A DNA stretch of 62,194 nucleotides, the filler included, from Basidioascus undulatus (taxonomy: Eukaryota): the NCBI GenBank assembly GCA_000826855.1. It is 14 parts of 14 records of this genome, joined end to end, with 100 filler letters (N's around TTAATTAATTAA, not from the genome) between each part and the next. Parts side by side here need not be neighbours in the genome. Positions count along the whole stretch, not along the records: positions 1 to 23,665 come from JTLS01000260.1; 13 more parts are not named here. One strand, given 5' to 3'. The translations under genes and the position numbers were made by a program. Positions 1-12,119 of the stretch are shown here, one piece after another. How positions within the stretch are numbered: position 1 is the first letter of the stretch; each line of letters begins with the position of its first letter. Below the pieces are notes generated by a model. It was given only the letters and a program-made list of their open reading frames with translations. It searched no databases and had not been told where the DNA came from.

Positions 1-15
1 CTCCCCCCCTCGTAG

Positions 16-413
16 GAAAGCTCCACCCCCGGCCGCCGACCACCTCATCCTCCGCATTCCACCCTCTCCTCCCAGACTCCGACACCCTCTCCTCCCTCTC
101 AACAGAGGACGACGATTTCCCCTCCTCCGCCTCCTCCCTTCGCCGACCGGGGTACGTCGGCCGCCCCCGCAAAGTCGGCCCGCGACGCCGGTTCTTTGCC
201 CCGACCGACGACCACGCGGCGGTGGGAGGGTGCGGGAACCACGAGCATTCTGCGCCAAGGCGCGGGGCGGAGCTCGAGGATGTGCTTAAGCGCGTCGTGG
301 GCGCGCGCGCGGCGGGTGTTGGGGGCCAGGGTCTGCCAATGGTGAGTGCGAGGGCGCTCGAGGAGAGACGGGGGGTGTTACAGCAGGGGAGGTGGGGGAC
401 GCCAGGGGTCTGA
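16..413 (+). CDS. Terminal exon of an unidentified protein (5' part outside window)
   Basis: A CGTAG acceptor ends at 15 and is followed by an open frame KLHPRPPTTSSS...GRWGTPGV* to TGA at 411-413; no family motif recognised. Confidence 0.35.
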
Positions 414-859
414 GAGAGTAGAGAGGGAAGGGGAGCGGAGTGCGATTATTGATGTTTGTTGTAAAGTGCTTTATGTGGTGGTGTGTTGCGAGGCGCGACG
501 AGGGTGGGACGGGCGCTGCCCACCGACTGTCTATTTTGTGTGTGCGGCGTGAAAGCACAAACAAGTATCGCCAGCAACAGTCGAAGAACTCTCTCAGCCC
601 AGACTTCGAAAGCACAGGATTATGATGATCCTCTGCTTTTCGACTCGCCCTTTAGTCCAGGTCCCCACGACGAGTGCACCGTAGCACACCGGCGTCGGGG
701 TTTCTGGTCCCGCGTTCGCCCCCTTGTCCAACGACCGTCATTACCACCCGGCTCCAAGTCCTTCCGCTTCACCGCGCCTACATCCCCCTCGTTTCCAAGA
801 ACTTCTCTCTTATCCTCGCTGTGATTACGTTCCTCCTATTTTGAGGTGTGTTTCAGGAA

Positions 860-1663
860 TTATTGGGGGAACGGGTCATGGTCAGCTGGCACGCTCACTA
901 CTCGATCGCTGGACGTGGTTAGCGATCGCACTCCTCGCTGGGCTATACTTCGCTTGGAAGTGATCCTTGGTCGCAGAAATTTAAGTACCGCCACAGAGTG
1001 AAATGAAGAACTTTCCCTCGTGAAAAGGCCTTTGCGACTTCCACTCAACACTGCCGTCCCGCCCGCCCACCTGCCGAGCACCACTGCCACGACCCGTACG
1101 ACGCACGCTTTTACCCCCCGAAGGTGAAGTCATATCACACGGAATCACTGCAACAAGGTTGGTTTAGCTATCTTAAGCTCAAGTATCTGAACCCGAAAAC
1201 TTGTTCGCTCGGTGTCCGCAGTTTCAACTGCGTGGGTACTCACTCATGCACAGCTCTTGACCATGGAGGTCGGTCCAAAGCGCAGCTCTTCTTTGAGACA
1301 TTTGACTAACTCACCGATAAATTAGCCAAAGGAAGCGTCTTCCTCGACGTCGCGGCCTCCCGCGAGCTAGCACACCCCCGGCCTGTACGGGCCCCCGCCG
1401 CCTGCTCCGCCCACCCGTCCAGCCGGCAAAAGAGGAAACCTCTTCATCAAGCGGCTGAAAGAACGCCGCGAGGCCGACCTGAAGGCTTTCAAGGAATGGA
1501 TCGCGGGCATCGAGAAGGAGGCGAACGCCGAGAAGAAGCCGAAGCAGAAGGGAACGAAATTCGGCGAAGTAGATTCACTGTGCTTTTCCCGTGCCTTGTT
1601 GTTTTCCGGTGGAACCGTCGCGAATCTGAATAGATTTTCCGGCTTTCAGATAGCTGTTTGTGA
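860..1663 (+). CDS. Hypothetical multi-exon protein with one predicted TM segment; start uncertain, possibly degenerate
   Basis: Segments WTWLAIALLAGLYFAWK, TFPREKAF...ESLQQ, VSTAWVLTHAQLLTME and GNLFIKRLKERREADLKAFKEWIAGIEKE can be joined in frame by GT-AG introns (960-1008, about 1158-1220, about 1268-1370); no homology recognised. Confidence 0.25.
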
Positions 1664-2252
1664 AGGGGATGCGAAAGCCGAATCCCACCACCGGCTATCA
1701 GATGGAAAGTTAACACGCATCCATTTCCTGCAGCGCGTTCCTTTGCATGAGTGATTACAAGGTGTTGTGGCGGTCTGCAGGATCAATAGGAAAAGCCTCG
1801 GAAGTCAAGCACCCTTTTGGTGCTACAAAGCAGGAGTTAATGATGGCCACGCCTCATAGTGCATGTCCACGAAGCAGCGTTGTGTCGCCTTCCGCCGGCT
1901 ACTCGAGCAGCACCGCGCAGTTGGTGCAATCTAGTCTCCGTAGATTTCCGGTCAGCCCCAGATACAATGGAGGGCGACAGTGGTCTGGTTGTCTACGGAC
2001 GCTGCCATCACTGTGTACTGCGGCTGAGGACATGGAGGACAGAGCGCCGCAGGGCCTCACTTCCATCTCCTTCCCTCAAAAATGGAAGCTTGAATAACTG
2101 CCACAAGCAGAATGGAAAACGAGTGATACGCAAGAGCCGGCATAGACAGAATGTGAAGGAGCAGGGGAGTGTGTATCGAGTCATGCAACAGCAGCGTCCG
2201 AGGTCCCACCGAGTCCAACGACCTCGTCCCATATCGACTACTCCCAAGCCGA

Positions 2253-3380
2253 TCACGTCTCCTTGAGCGGATAGGTGAGCTTCGGGTCGTCCTTCCGGCG
2301 CCATGCCTTCTTCCTGTAATCGCAAGTAGAAGCGGTGAGCGACGATTGAATGGAAGGGACAATGCGACACGAAACGCACTTCTTGCCGGTACGGTCCTCG
2401 CACCAGACCTCGACGGCGTATTTCGCCTTCCACTTGCGGATGAAGCGCGGGTCCCTAGCAGTCCGGCAGTACGCGGGGTAAGAAAGTCGTCTTCAGCATG
2501 CCAGAGCCAGCAGGACACGCACCACAGCTCGCTGGCGACGCCGAGGTCCTTGCAGCACCGGAGTAGCGCGTTGCTCTTGGCCGCCTCGGTCGCAGTGGGG
2601 ATGCCCGAGGCATCAAAGTAGTCCTGCTCCCCGCGCGCAATGGACACCAGTCTGCTCGCCACCCACCGGCCAGCCCGCCCGCGCCCGTTAGCATACTCTC
2701 TAGAGAAAAGCTTGAGGGGTGACGGAAAAGGACGCACCGTCCCTCACAGATGAGCGCATACTCGCGCGACACAACGTTCTTGTCGATCTGGACGTTCGTG
2801 CGCGGCGCGAGGCCCCACCCGCCCGGGCCGAACGCGCGGTTCAGGATCCGCCGGTATTTGATCTCGGGAAGGTAGATCAGGCCGTCTATTCGAATCCAAA
2901 ATCAAAATGAAAAAGGCCCAACACCGCCCACAAATCAGTCTCTGTCGTAGGGGGCAGGTGGGGAAGACGAAGAAGCGGTGAAGACGCTGACGCACCAGGC
3001 TTGCATTCGATGTCCTCCGGGTCAATAGGCGCCATCAGGACGTCGGCGGCCTCCTTCGAGAAGCGCTTAGACGAGAGACCCGCATACGAGCGCGACCAGT
3101 CCTCGCCCTCCAGCTCAGGCAGCACGGGCTCCTCCGCCGCCGGCTCCGCTGCGGCCGGGGCAGGTGAAGGAGCGGCCGGGGCAGGTGCAGGGGAAGGCGC
3201 AGGTGCAGCAGCGGACGCTGGGGAGGTAAACGCGGCGGCGGTGGCCGCGGGCTTGTTGTACGTCCTCGGCTGGTACGCCGGGCGAGGAGGGAGGTGCGCC
3301 ACCGCGGTTGTGCTGATCGAGCGGCGCGCCGCAGCGACGGGTGCGCCGTGCGAGACACGGGTAAAAATTGGGCGCAACAT
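2253..3380 (-). CDS. MGM101: Mitochondrial genome maintenance protein Mgm101 (Rad52-like), 5 exons
   Basis: Arg-rich presequence, then [100 protein letters not shown]; stop TGA at 2253-2255. Confidence 0.95.
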
Positions 3381-6097
3381 TGCCCGTAACAAGATAGTCG
3401 ATGTGAGAGGTCGAGAGGGAAAGCGTGGAAGACGGGAAGCGAAAGGCAGAACCGATGAAAGGGAGGAGGGCGAAGGGAGCAGGCGAGCGAACGCGTGAAG
3501 TTCGCGCCTCGCGAAATGACGCGTTTTGGTCGAATCTGGGCAGACGGCACCACCGATATCTTCGCCTGGTCAAACCGCCTTTCAGCCTTGGAAGGTAGAG
3601 TAAAGGAATGTGAGGGAAGGTTTACGAACATGACACAGTTGATACAGTTTCCAACTAATTGGAGGCTTGGACGCTGGCTGCTGCACCAGTGCCAGCCTCA
3701 GGCTGCCATGAATACGCAGAACTTTTGCATCAACGAGAATGCAGGCACCTTCAAGGTACAGGCAATAGTTTGATTATTAAAGGTTTTACCACATGGAAGC
3801 CGCTCTATCACCTACGCCAGAAGCGAAGCGCACTACCGTGACAGTCTAGCATAGCCCAAACTCCGGCACTTGCAGCGCCTGTCTGGGCGCAAGTAAAGCT
3901 TTGCAGTTGGTTCTTCCAACACCTCCCTCTTCCGTTGTTGGTTGAACTCCTTCTGTCTTCCCTCGATCTGAGTCTCAAAAAAATCAATATGTGAAAGAGA
4001 TGTTGCGAAAAATCGCCGCGGGTCTGGGCAAGGTCAGCTCGCTGCCGTTCTTCCGCCTGCTTAGCTGTTAAACAATCCACTGCAATCTGATTATAATCTT
4101 TGATCGATATGCATGAGTTAAACAATAGACGTTTAGGTCCACACACAGGAATGTGCAGGTATGGCGTGGAGGCTTGCATGGTAAGTGGACAAGCGCCAGG
4201 TTTGCTGCAGGATCTGCCGGCTCTGACGATCATTAATGCTATTGGCCGTCAGCAAAGGTACTTTACTGAAAACTTATGTTAAAATGTTTAATTCTTGATC
4301 CTCCACGAGGCGAACGACTGTGCCCAGCATGTACCACCCGCGAGGCCTCCAGTCCCCGGTCCCTCCTGGTCGCGTCTCAGAGGCCAGCTCGGTATGCCAC
4401 TGCACGCCAGCACCGCATTGCCTCCTTTCCGGAGAGCGCCCTTATCTCAAACCGCCACAGGCGACCTCAAAACCTGCGCGCAAAGGCGTGAACCTGTCCA
4501 AAATTGATCTTGCGGCGTAGCATCCGAATTCCAAGCCGAGGACGTAGAGGGCACTTGAGAGTGCTACGTCGCTTGCTTGGATTGGGTAATGTATAGCTTT
4601 AGATGCAGGCATAGGGCTTTGAGGAGCTGAAGACACAGGCGCAGACGCTTCACTCCGCGGCGGAAACGAAGCCAAAGCAGAGGCGGATTCAGTCAGCATG
4701 AGACACTGATATTGGCAGGGATATGTACATTGTTTAGAATTAAACAATTCAGAAGTATGTTGAGATTATTATACATGCCAGTCACACTGCTTACTGTTCT
4801 GAAGCTGTGTCCGGCTCGCAATCCTTACCGTCGAGCGTGTATGGCCTCAGCGCGCTTGCAGAAGACCCACTGGACGGAGATGAAACAATCCTCTAAATAT
4901 TATTTAGTGATTCATTCGTATATAAACTGCTGAAGTGCCTGTCAACTAACAAACAAGCCCTGTCTGGGAGAGCGCATTGAGAGGGATGCATATTGCAGGA
5001 TCGAGTCTGCCCAACCCTCTTGATGTTATACGCCGGTAAGCAAGGCTAGTGGTCTGAAGCCCAAATCCCTGAACTCGCACCTGGGACTTCTCCTCGACGA
5101 ACACCACCGTCCCAACAACGTACCATTCATCCGGGCATGTCACACTTCCCGGTTTTCGGCCTCGGAGCGGGTTGGGCGTGCTATCGTACGCCGAGGACAG
5201 CGTTTCCACCTCGAGCGTGGGTATTTGATTTGAGTATATCGCCAGCGGCTTCGATCCCGATTCAATTATGAGTGCGTTCTGACACTGTTTGTCGCGGTAG
5301 CATGCGAATTCCAGCCCGAGAACGTCAACGACGAAGTAGACGGGTGGGGGCAGGTGTAGAGTGCCGAGGAGGATCTACTACGCCGGCGGAAACAGAGCCA
5401 ACGCAGTACTGTCGCTGTGATCGATGCCTGCACATCGCAGTGACCATACAGCTGTAACGCATAGGAAGGTTTCACTCTTTTGTCTATGATGTTACTTTTT
5501 ACTTACATATGAGAATGAACGTCGTCCTCATCAACAAGCTCCACCTACTCACGGGCAAGCGGGCCTTGGCCCCAAACAGAGTCAAGTAGTGCAGGCTCAG
5601 GTCTACGGGGTATGCAGAGAAGAGCGTCCCGCCTGATGTTACAAAGTGCTACACACCTCGAGATCAAATTGAAGCTCACTTGCCCTGGATAAAGCCGTTC
5701 AATGTCTTCAAACAGCTCCTCGTTGCCGTAGGCGCCCGAAACTGCTGTTGGCCGTGTCCGCCACCTCGCTTCACTCCACTTGCGGTTAACTGCTCAGACT
5801 TACAAGTCAATGAAAGAATTCGACTGTCCATCTGCTACAGCTTTCAGTTGAAACTTCGAAAAGCTGCTGGCTTCGACGGCCCTGCCAAACAAATGTACAG
5901 GACTGAGGGTGCGATCCTCGGAATGGCCACGGACTACAAAGGAAGACGCGGGCCCTTTTGGGCCATTGCGACGCTTTTGACCTTTCAACTTGACCCTTTC
6001 CAATCGACTCAGCAGCACGATGCTGTCACGCTATGTGTAACCCAGCCTCTTATATTCTCCTTTCATATTTCCCATGCTGAATGTGGAGTCACTGCAG

Positions 6098-7242
6098 GCC
6101 TAGCTCCTCCGGCGGTCGCGCGACACCGCGTCTCCTCTCTGAGTGTCGAGGCATTGTTGTGCCGAGGGCAGACTCCCATCATTTCGGACTGCCACCGCAT
6201 TCCACGTAAATACTCCACAGCGTCCGAGGTACAGGTCATGCCAGAAGTGAGTGTCGCGGTGCCTGTGCAGACACTGGCGAAACCTGATGCCTCTTCACAG
6301 GATACGCCCGCTTCTGATCCCGATCAACTGCGACAAACGCCATACCATGTAACGCATGAATCCCTTGAGGGAACCCGGATATCAACACCTCTCGATTATG
6401 AAAGCTCACTAATTTCTACTGGGCTCATGCACATGTCGTGCAGAGGGAACATTCGATTTCGCTTCAACTCACATCGGCAAGTACCCCGAATCGCCGCCCA
6501 CGCTCGTTGAGTGGGTGTCGTATATACTAACATCCGGCGCTTGGGAAGATCACATTTGCATTCGAAATAATCGCCCGGGACATCCACCATTTGAGGAAAT
6601 CCGTCACAGTCCGTCTCTTCGCCTTCACTGCCTTTTGGCCCTCCTTCGGTTCTGACCTCAGCTCATCACGCCCGATCCGCAATCTCAGGCGTCCAAGGAT
6701 GCCACACTCCGCACCCAGAACGAAACTATCTTGCTCGGCATCCAAGCCGCCGCGGCGGGTGGAAAGGCGCTGCGCCAGCGGCAGGCGGCGCGGTGGGAGG
6801 CAGCGGAGGTGCGCGAGCAGCGGAAGAAGCTCGAGGAGGCCCGCGAGAAGCTTCGAGAAGTGCGCAGGCGAGGGAATGAGCTGGGTATTAGAGACTTCTT
6901 GTCGCTCAGGCATGGATAGTGCAACCGCGGTCTGGTACACCCACTCCACCCCCTGCATCTGGCGGTCAGTTCGCGTCGGGAAACGCCACTCCACTTACGA
7001 ATCTGTGAAATAACGCAATGGACAACTATCATGGTTCTGGACCCAGTTCTGACCCAGGACGGCTGGTCTTCTCGTCCGCTGCTAGTTTACGGGGACAACC
7101 GTATCGCGGCGAGGAGGTCGCTCCCCAATTTGAAAGGCTCTTTTCGCTCAGAGAGTGGAGACCAACGTCGGTAAAACGGTTGTCCATTTTGCCAATGGCG
7201 GGCCACGCCCCTCATCTGGACTCTCAGCCGGGGAAAATCTAA
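6098..7242 (+). CDS. Hypothetical multi-exon coiled-coil protein, boundaries uncertain
   Basis: Exon-like segments flanked by GT/AG: EGTFDFASTHIGKYPESPPTLVE, FAFEIIARDIHHLRKSVT|LITPDPQSQASKDATLRTQNETILLGIQAAAAGGKALRQRQAARWEAAEVREQRKKLEEAREKLRE|AWIVQPRSG; no family recognised. Confidence 0.3.
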
Positions 7243-7760
7243 GGATTTACAACACGGACGGTTTCTCTGGTGTTGGTAGGTTCCTTCAGCGCCAGTGTTC
7301 CGCGAGTGATTCTGTAGCACCTCGTGCTCGTTCTAGCTTCTGTAAGCGACAAAACCTACATGGTCCACCCAAATCACTCTGTTTACGAAATCGATGCGCC
7401 TCATGCTCCCCAACAGCCGTGCACCTGTCCGAGGCAACGGTTCACTCTTAGACACTCATCATGCTCACTGACATGAATTTCGAGCCGAACAAAGGTGTAT
7501 GAAGTCGTCGCACACTCCCAAAATGTGCTCAAATCAGTCACCGCGTTCATTTCAGAGGACCGTTTCTCCAGACGTGCCAGAAAACTCTGGCCCAACGTCC
7601 CAACATGCCACATAAACCAACAGTCTTGAAAGATCCGAGAAAAAGTGTGTTCAAATAAGAAGCAATACTAGCGTAACGATGTAATGATAAGAGTCCTCCC
7701 ATGTACCTGAAATCAAGCAGAAATGCCCCCACAGCAACTGTCCTCCCCAGCCCCGCACGC

Positions 7761-9650
7761 TCACAGCACAGCCCCAATCGCGACGGCCAAGATACCAACG
7801 AGGAGGGTTGTTGCGCCTGCGGTGCCAGAAGGCAAGGGCAGGCCGGGCACGATGCGGTTCGCGGCGGAGACGTACGATGAGTTGGTCGCCTCGACCACCG
7901 GCTCGGCAGTCGTGTTCGTGTCGTACACGTAAGAGATGTCGCCCGCGCCCTATTATTTCCCAACACAGAGGTGGCGTGTGAGTATGTCCCTCGGCAAGCG
8001 AAAGGTAGAAAAGGGGAAAAGGGGAAAAACAAAAAGAAAAAGGGAAAAAGGGAAAAAGGGGAGGAAGGCGGGACGGACGATCGGAACGGAGCTGGACGTC
8101 CCGCAGATGATGGTGACGCTCTGGACGCTGGCGTAGAAATAGCCGGCGGAGAGGTAGTCCGGGTCGGACCAGTCGACCATCCCCCCGCCCCACTCGATCG
8201 TGCCCTTAGCGCTGGAGGAGATTCCCGAGGGCCAGATGGAGAACTGCAGGCGGGAGGGCGTCGCCGGGTAATTGTACTTGCCTGAGTAGAGATAGGAAAA
8301 GGTCTGAGCGGAGGGAGTAAGGGCTGAGGAAAAGATAGGAGGAAACGAACCGTCCTTGAGCGTGTCTTCCTTGTTTACAGTGCGGATTACGTTCCCTACG
8401 CGACCGCCGCCGAACCGGGCTCAGCACTTTTCCATTTTCCCTTGCCTCTCCACTCGTCTCCTTGCTATAATGAGACGCACCGTCCACGAGCCACTCAAGT
8501 TTGTCTACGCCCCGAGGATGAAAGTCAGTGTTACTGGCGGGTAGTCCGAGATCTGTGGGAAGCGCGACTACACACCCTCGGTCCAGTTGATCGTGTAGTC
8601 GTGCCATTGCGCGGACCCATCCTCGCCCGACGGAAGATTAAGCGTCTGTCCGTTCGTGTGCGTGTAGTTCGCGACGCCGAGCCTGTGTGCAAGGGACGGG
8701 GGAGGGTTGTTGGTGAGCGGCTGCCGAGGGACGAGGGGGTGGGGAGAGACATACCAGAAGAAGTTGGTCTGAGCTTCGTCCGAGTTGGCGCCAACGAACT
8801 CGTCTGGAAGGTATGAGGGAAATGTCAGCGACAGCGCAAGGGATGAGTGTGCGCGGCGAACGAAGGACACACAGTCAATCTCGTCCTTGCTATTCAGGGG
8901 GCAGACAGTCAGTTGATAGTCTTGCAAAGCGCAGCAGACCAAGACGTACACATCGCTCATAGTGATCATAGTCGAGATGACCTAATTCCCCCACCAATCG
9001 CATCAGCATCGTCTCTTTTTTCTCCTCTTGTCTTCCCTCACGTACGCCAGCCCACTTGGAGATCTTCATTCGCGCGGTCATGGTGCCATACAAGATATAG
9101 CGCGTAGACGAGAGCTTCGTCCCTCCGTTCTCCTCAGCGAGGACCATGACCAGCGCGCCGTTGTCGTTGAGGATCTGGCCCTTGTCGAGCGTAAAGTCGT
9201 ACTCAGTCGCGTTCCCGTTGAACATCGTCGCGTTAGGGTGGACGCGCGTGAAGTTGGAGTCGAAGGAGGTAATGGAGAGGGGTTCGCAGATGGGTTCTGA
9301 TCAGGGTGTCAAGGGTGAGTAGGGGGAGACGCGCTGGACTGGAGCGAAAGGGCGATGCACTCACTGGGCATGCAAGAGTCGACGCTGTATGAACCGAGTG
9401 GGTTGCAGCCGCCCATGCAGTACTCGCCCTGCCCTCAGAAGGCGTCAGCCCGCCTTCGAATCCTTAGCCAAAGCCCAGTAACCCCTCTAAGACTGACCGA
9501 TCCGCACCACCCGTTCTCACTACAGCACGGGGCTGTGGATGGGCAGAGCTGCGTCCCGACCGCACAGGTGTGGCCCTGTGCCGACGCCGAGTGGACGAGC
9601 GCGAGGGTCGCGACTGCTGCTGCAGCGGCGAAGAGAGATCGAGAGGGCAT
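7761..9650 (-). CDS. UTR2: GH16 Crh-family chitin-glucan transglycosylase (Utr2/Crh2-like) with signal peptide, hevein-like Cys domain and GPI-signal-like C-terminus
   Basis: MPSRSLFAAAAAVATLALVHSASA signal; CPSTAPCCSENGWCGS...CMGGCNPLGS; GGTKLSSTRYILYG; spliced motif ITMSDVKDEIDYEFVG; WHDYTINWT; YPATPSRLQFSIWPSG...GTIEWGGGMVDW; hydrophobic tail LLVGILAVAIGAVL*. Confidence 0.9.
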
Positions 9651-10448
9651 TCTAAAGCAGCCGAGGATTGGAGGAGGGGCGGAAAGGGGCAGGGCAGGGC
9701 AGGACGGGCGCGAAAGCGAGTGACTGGGGTGAGTTCAAGCGAGCGACTGGCGGTGAGCGCGAGGAGAGTATTATAGGAGGTGGAGGAAGAGAACCAAAGC
9801 TAGGCCTGAGGGCCTGTATGCTCTGGTGGATAGATTGAGGAGATGGCGGTGGGAGGACAAGGGGGAACGCGGCTTGAGCGGGCTGTCAAGAGTCGCGACC
9901 AACAGCCTCAGTAGGCCTCGTTGCATGTTGCATGTCATTGTGCCTGAATTAACCCGAGTTTCGCCTGTCTGCAATGAGTTACTTGGCCACGTTCCTGTCC
10001 GTTCTTCTGGTTTTTCCCTCTGTTTTTCCGCCGTTCTTTGCCGTTATTCCCCTCACGCGTTCTCCTGGTTCCCCTGACAAGACGATCTCTCCGACCACGC
10101 CGGCTCTCGGCTGCTTTGGGTCTCTCTGCCTCCTTCACCCAACCTGTTCTCAGCGTCTGTAAAAGACAAGCATCATACAGTCTATAGTCCCGCTTTGCTG
10201 TCACCCGAGATTTCGCTGTCGACTCACTGCATCCGCCATTCGTCTCGAAGTCGTGTACCTACCTAATCTCGTCTCGGAGGCTGTGCTCTGTTCGAAATAC
10301 GAACTCCTGGACACGACGTCTATCGCCGGGTACCTTCAAAACCTGCTCGTCGTCGATCCTCTATCCGAGCAATTTGCATAGGGCTTGTTCGACCGCACCT
10401 CTCTGATCTTTGCCTCGTGCCACAACTCTCGTACGAGGAAGTCCAGCC

Positions 10449-11902
10449 ATGCCTACCTCCTCTACCCTAGCGCCGTCACCCACTCCCTTCCCCTCCGCCT
10501 TGTTCGAGCGCGTTCCGCTCGAGATCTGGGCACGCATTCTCGAGCTCGCCGCCGAAGGCACGCCGACCTACGCAGGCCGGCTGCAGCTCGTGCTGATATG
10601 CAAAGCATGGATGGTGCGTCCTTACTCCCGACCGAGAACTCACTCGCTGATCCGAAGCGCACCCTCTTCAGCACTCCGCTCTTCGCGCCCTGTACGGCAC
10701 GCTCTCTGTCACCTACCCGACGCAACTCCAGCGCATCGTTGATGCCCTCACCCTCCACGACCTCCTCCCCACGACTCGCGACGTTGCACCTTACGTGCGA
10801 TACGTCCACGTCGACTCCCCCATACCCGACGCTGCCGCCCCGCTCGCACCGCATCTCGGGCGCATGGTCAACCTGCTCTCCTTCCGGGGGTACAAGGTGG
10901 GCGGCGCTCTACGAAGCACAACCCTTGTCACTCCCGCCCTGGCGGCCGCGCTCGCTGCGGGCCCGGCGCGCTCGCTCCAGTCGCTCGAGCTTGTCCGCCT
11001 CATCGCGGCCCCGCCGGACACGTCCGCGTTACTCAACTCACTCGTCCACCTCCGGCGCCTGCACATCGGCGCGGGGTGCCGATCTCGACTCGGCGCTTCC
11101 GTCGCTTGACCTGCCAGCGCTGGAGAAGCTCACGCTCAGCGTCGAGCCGCATGGGGGCGAGCGCGCGAGCTTGCAGGTGCTCGAGTGCCTTACGCAATCC
11201 AACCTGCCTGCGCTGCGCGTCCTCTGGCTTAACGTTCGCTACCTCACTTCTCGCACACCTCTCGCCTCGGCGTTCCGCAACATCGGCGGGGAGCTCGTCT
11301 TCCTCTCCCTCCTCGTCCCGCCCTCCGCCTTCCCTCATAACCTCGCCGCGCTCTGCCCAAACCTCCTCGAGCTCACCCCCTCCTTCCCGCCCTCCGACGA
11401 TCCCACGCCGCCCGCGTCCGCCTCCCCGATCTATGCCCTCGCGCACCCAACGCTCCAACGCCTGAACCTCACCGAAAGCCTCCACCCTTACGAGCGCGAC
11501 TTCGTGGGGGACATCATTACCGCTCTCGCCGACCGCGCCGGAACGGACTTGCCGAGTCTGCGACGCATAGTGCTCCGCTGGGGACCGACCTGGTGCTCGA
11601 CGGCGAGGGACTTTGACCCGCTGCGTCTGATTCCCTGGCTGGAGGAGAAGACGGAGGAGCTGCGCGGGTGCGGGATCGCGTTGGTGGACAAGGAGGACCG
11701 CACGGTGGAGGACGCGAAACCGCTGGTGTCTCCTATGCCTGCGGCGGCTTACGACGAAACTGAGGAGGACGATGAAGGTGAAGTGGATGAACAGGATGAG
11801 GAGGATGAGGAGGATGTGGAGGATGAGGAGGATGAGGAGGATGAGGAAGATGAGGAGGAGGACGAGGACGAGGACGATGTTGATGAGGAGGATGACGAGT
11901 GA
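10449..11902 (+). pseudogene. F-box-like/LRR-like protein with acidic tail, interrupted by a single frameshift (pseudogene or assembly indel)
   Basis: F-box-like LFERVPLEIWARILELA...LVLICKAW; intron 10614-10671; the frame changes at the GGGG run 11073-11076 (LRRLHIGAG / ADLDSALPSLDLPALEKLTL); poly-D/E C-terminus. Confidence 0.7.
11762..11899 (+). repeat. GAG/GAT/GAC trinucleotide low-complexity repeat encoding a poly-Asp/Glu tail
   Basis: Tandem gaggatgag-type units are directly visible. Confidence 0.9.
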
Positions 11903-12119
11903 ATTGGGACTTAAACGAGGCACATAGTGACGCTGTGTGCCAGATACGGAGCTTAAGTTACCCGCTGTCTATTCAATCGAGTTCTGAATCCATCGGAATG
12001 CCGACAGTCAGGGTTGCGGAGTTGCTTACTGCGCCGCTAGAACGCTCGCCGCTTCGAGACGAGGAGTCTCTACGCCACACTGCACTGCGCCGTCAGATCA
12101 TACAAAGAGGGCTCATGTA

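Noticed and set aside
1368..1370. In-frame TAG in the 0.9-1.7 kb hypothetical gene as a premature stop
   Set aside because: The same CTAG can serve as the splice acceptor, which keeps the frame open.
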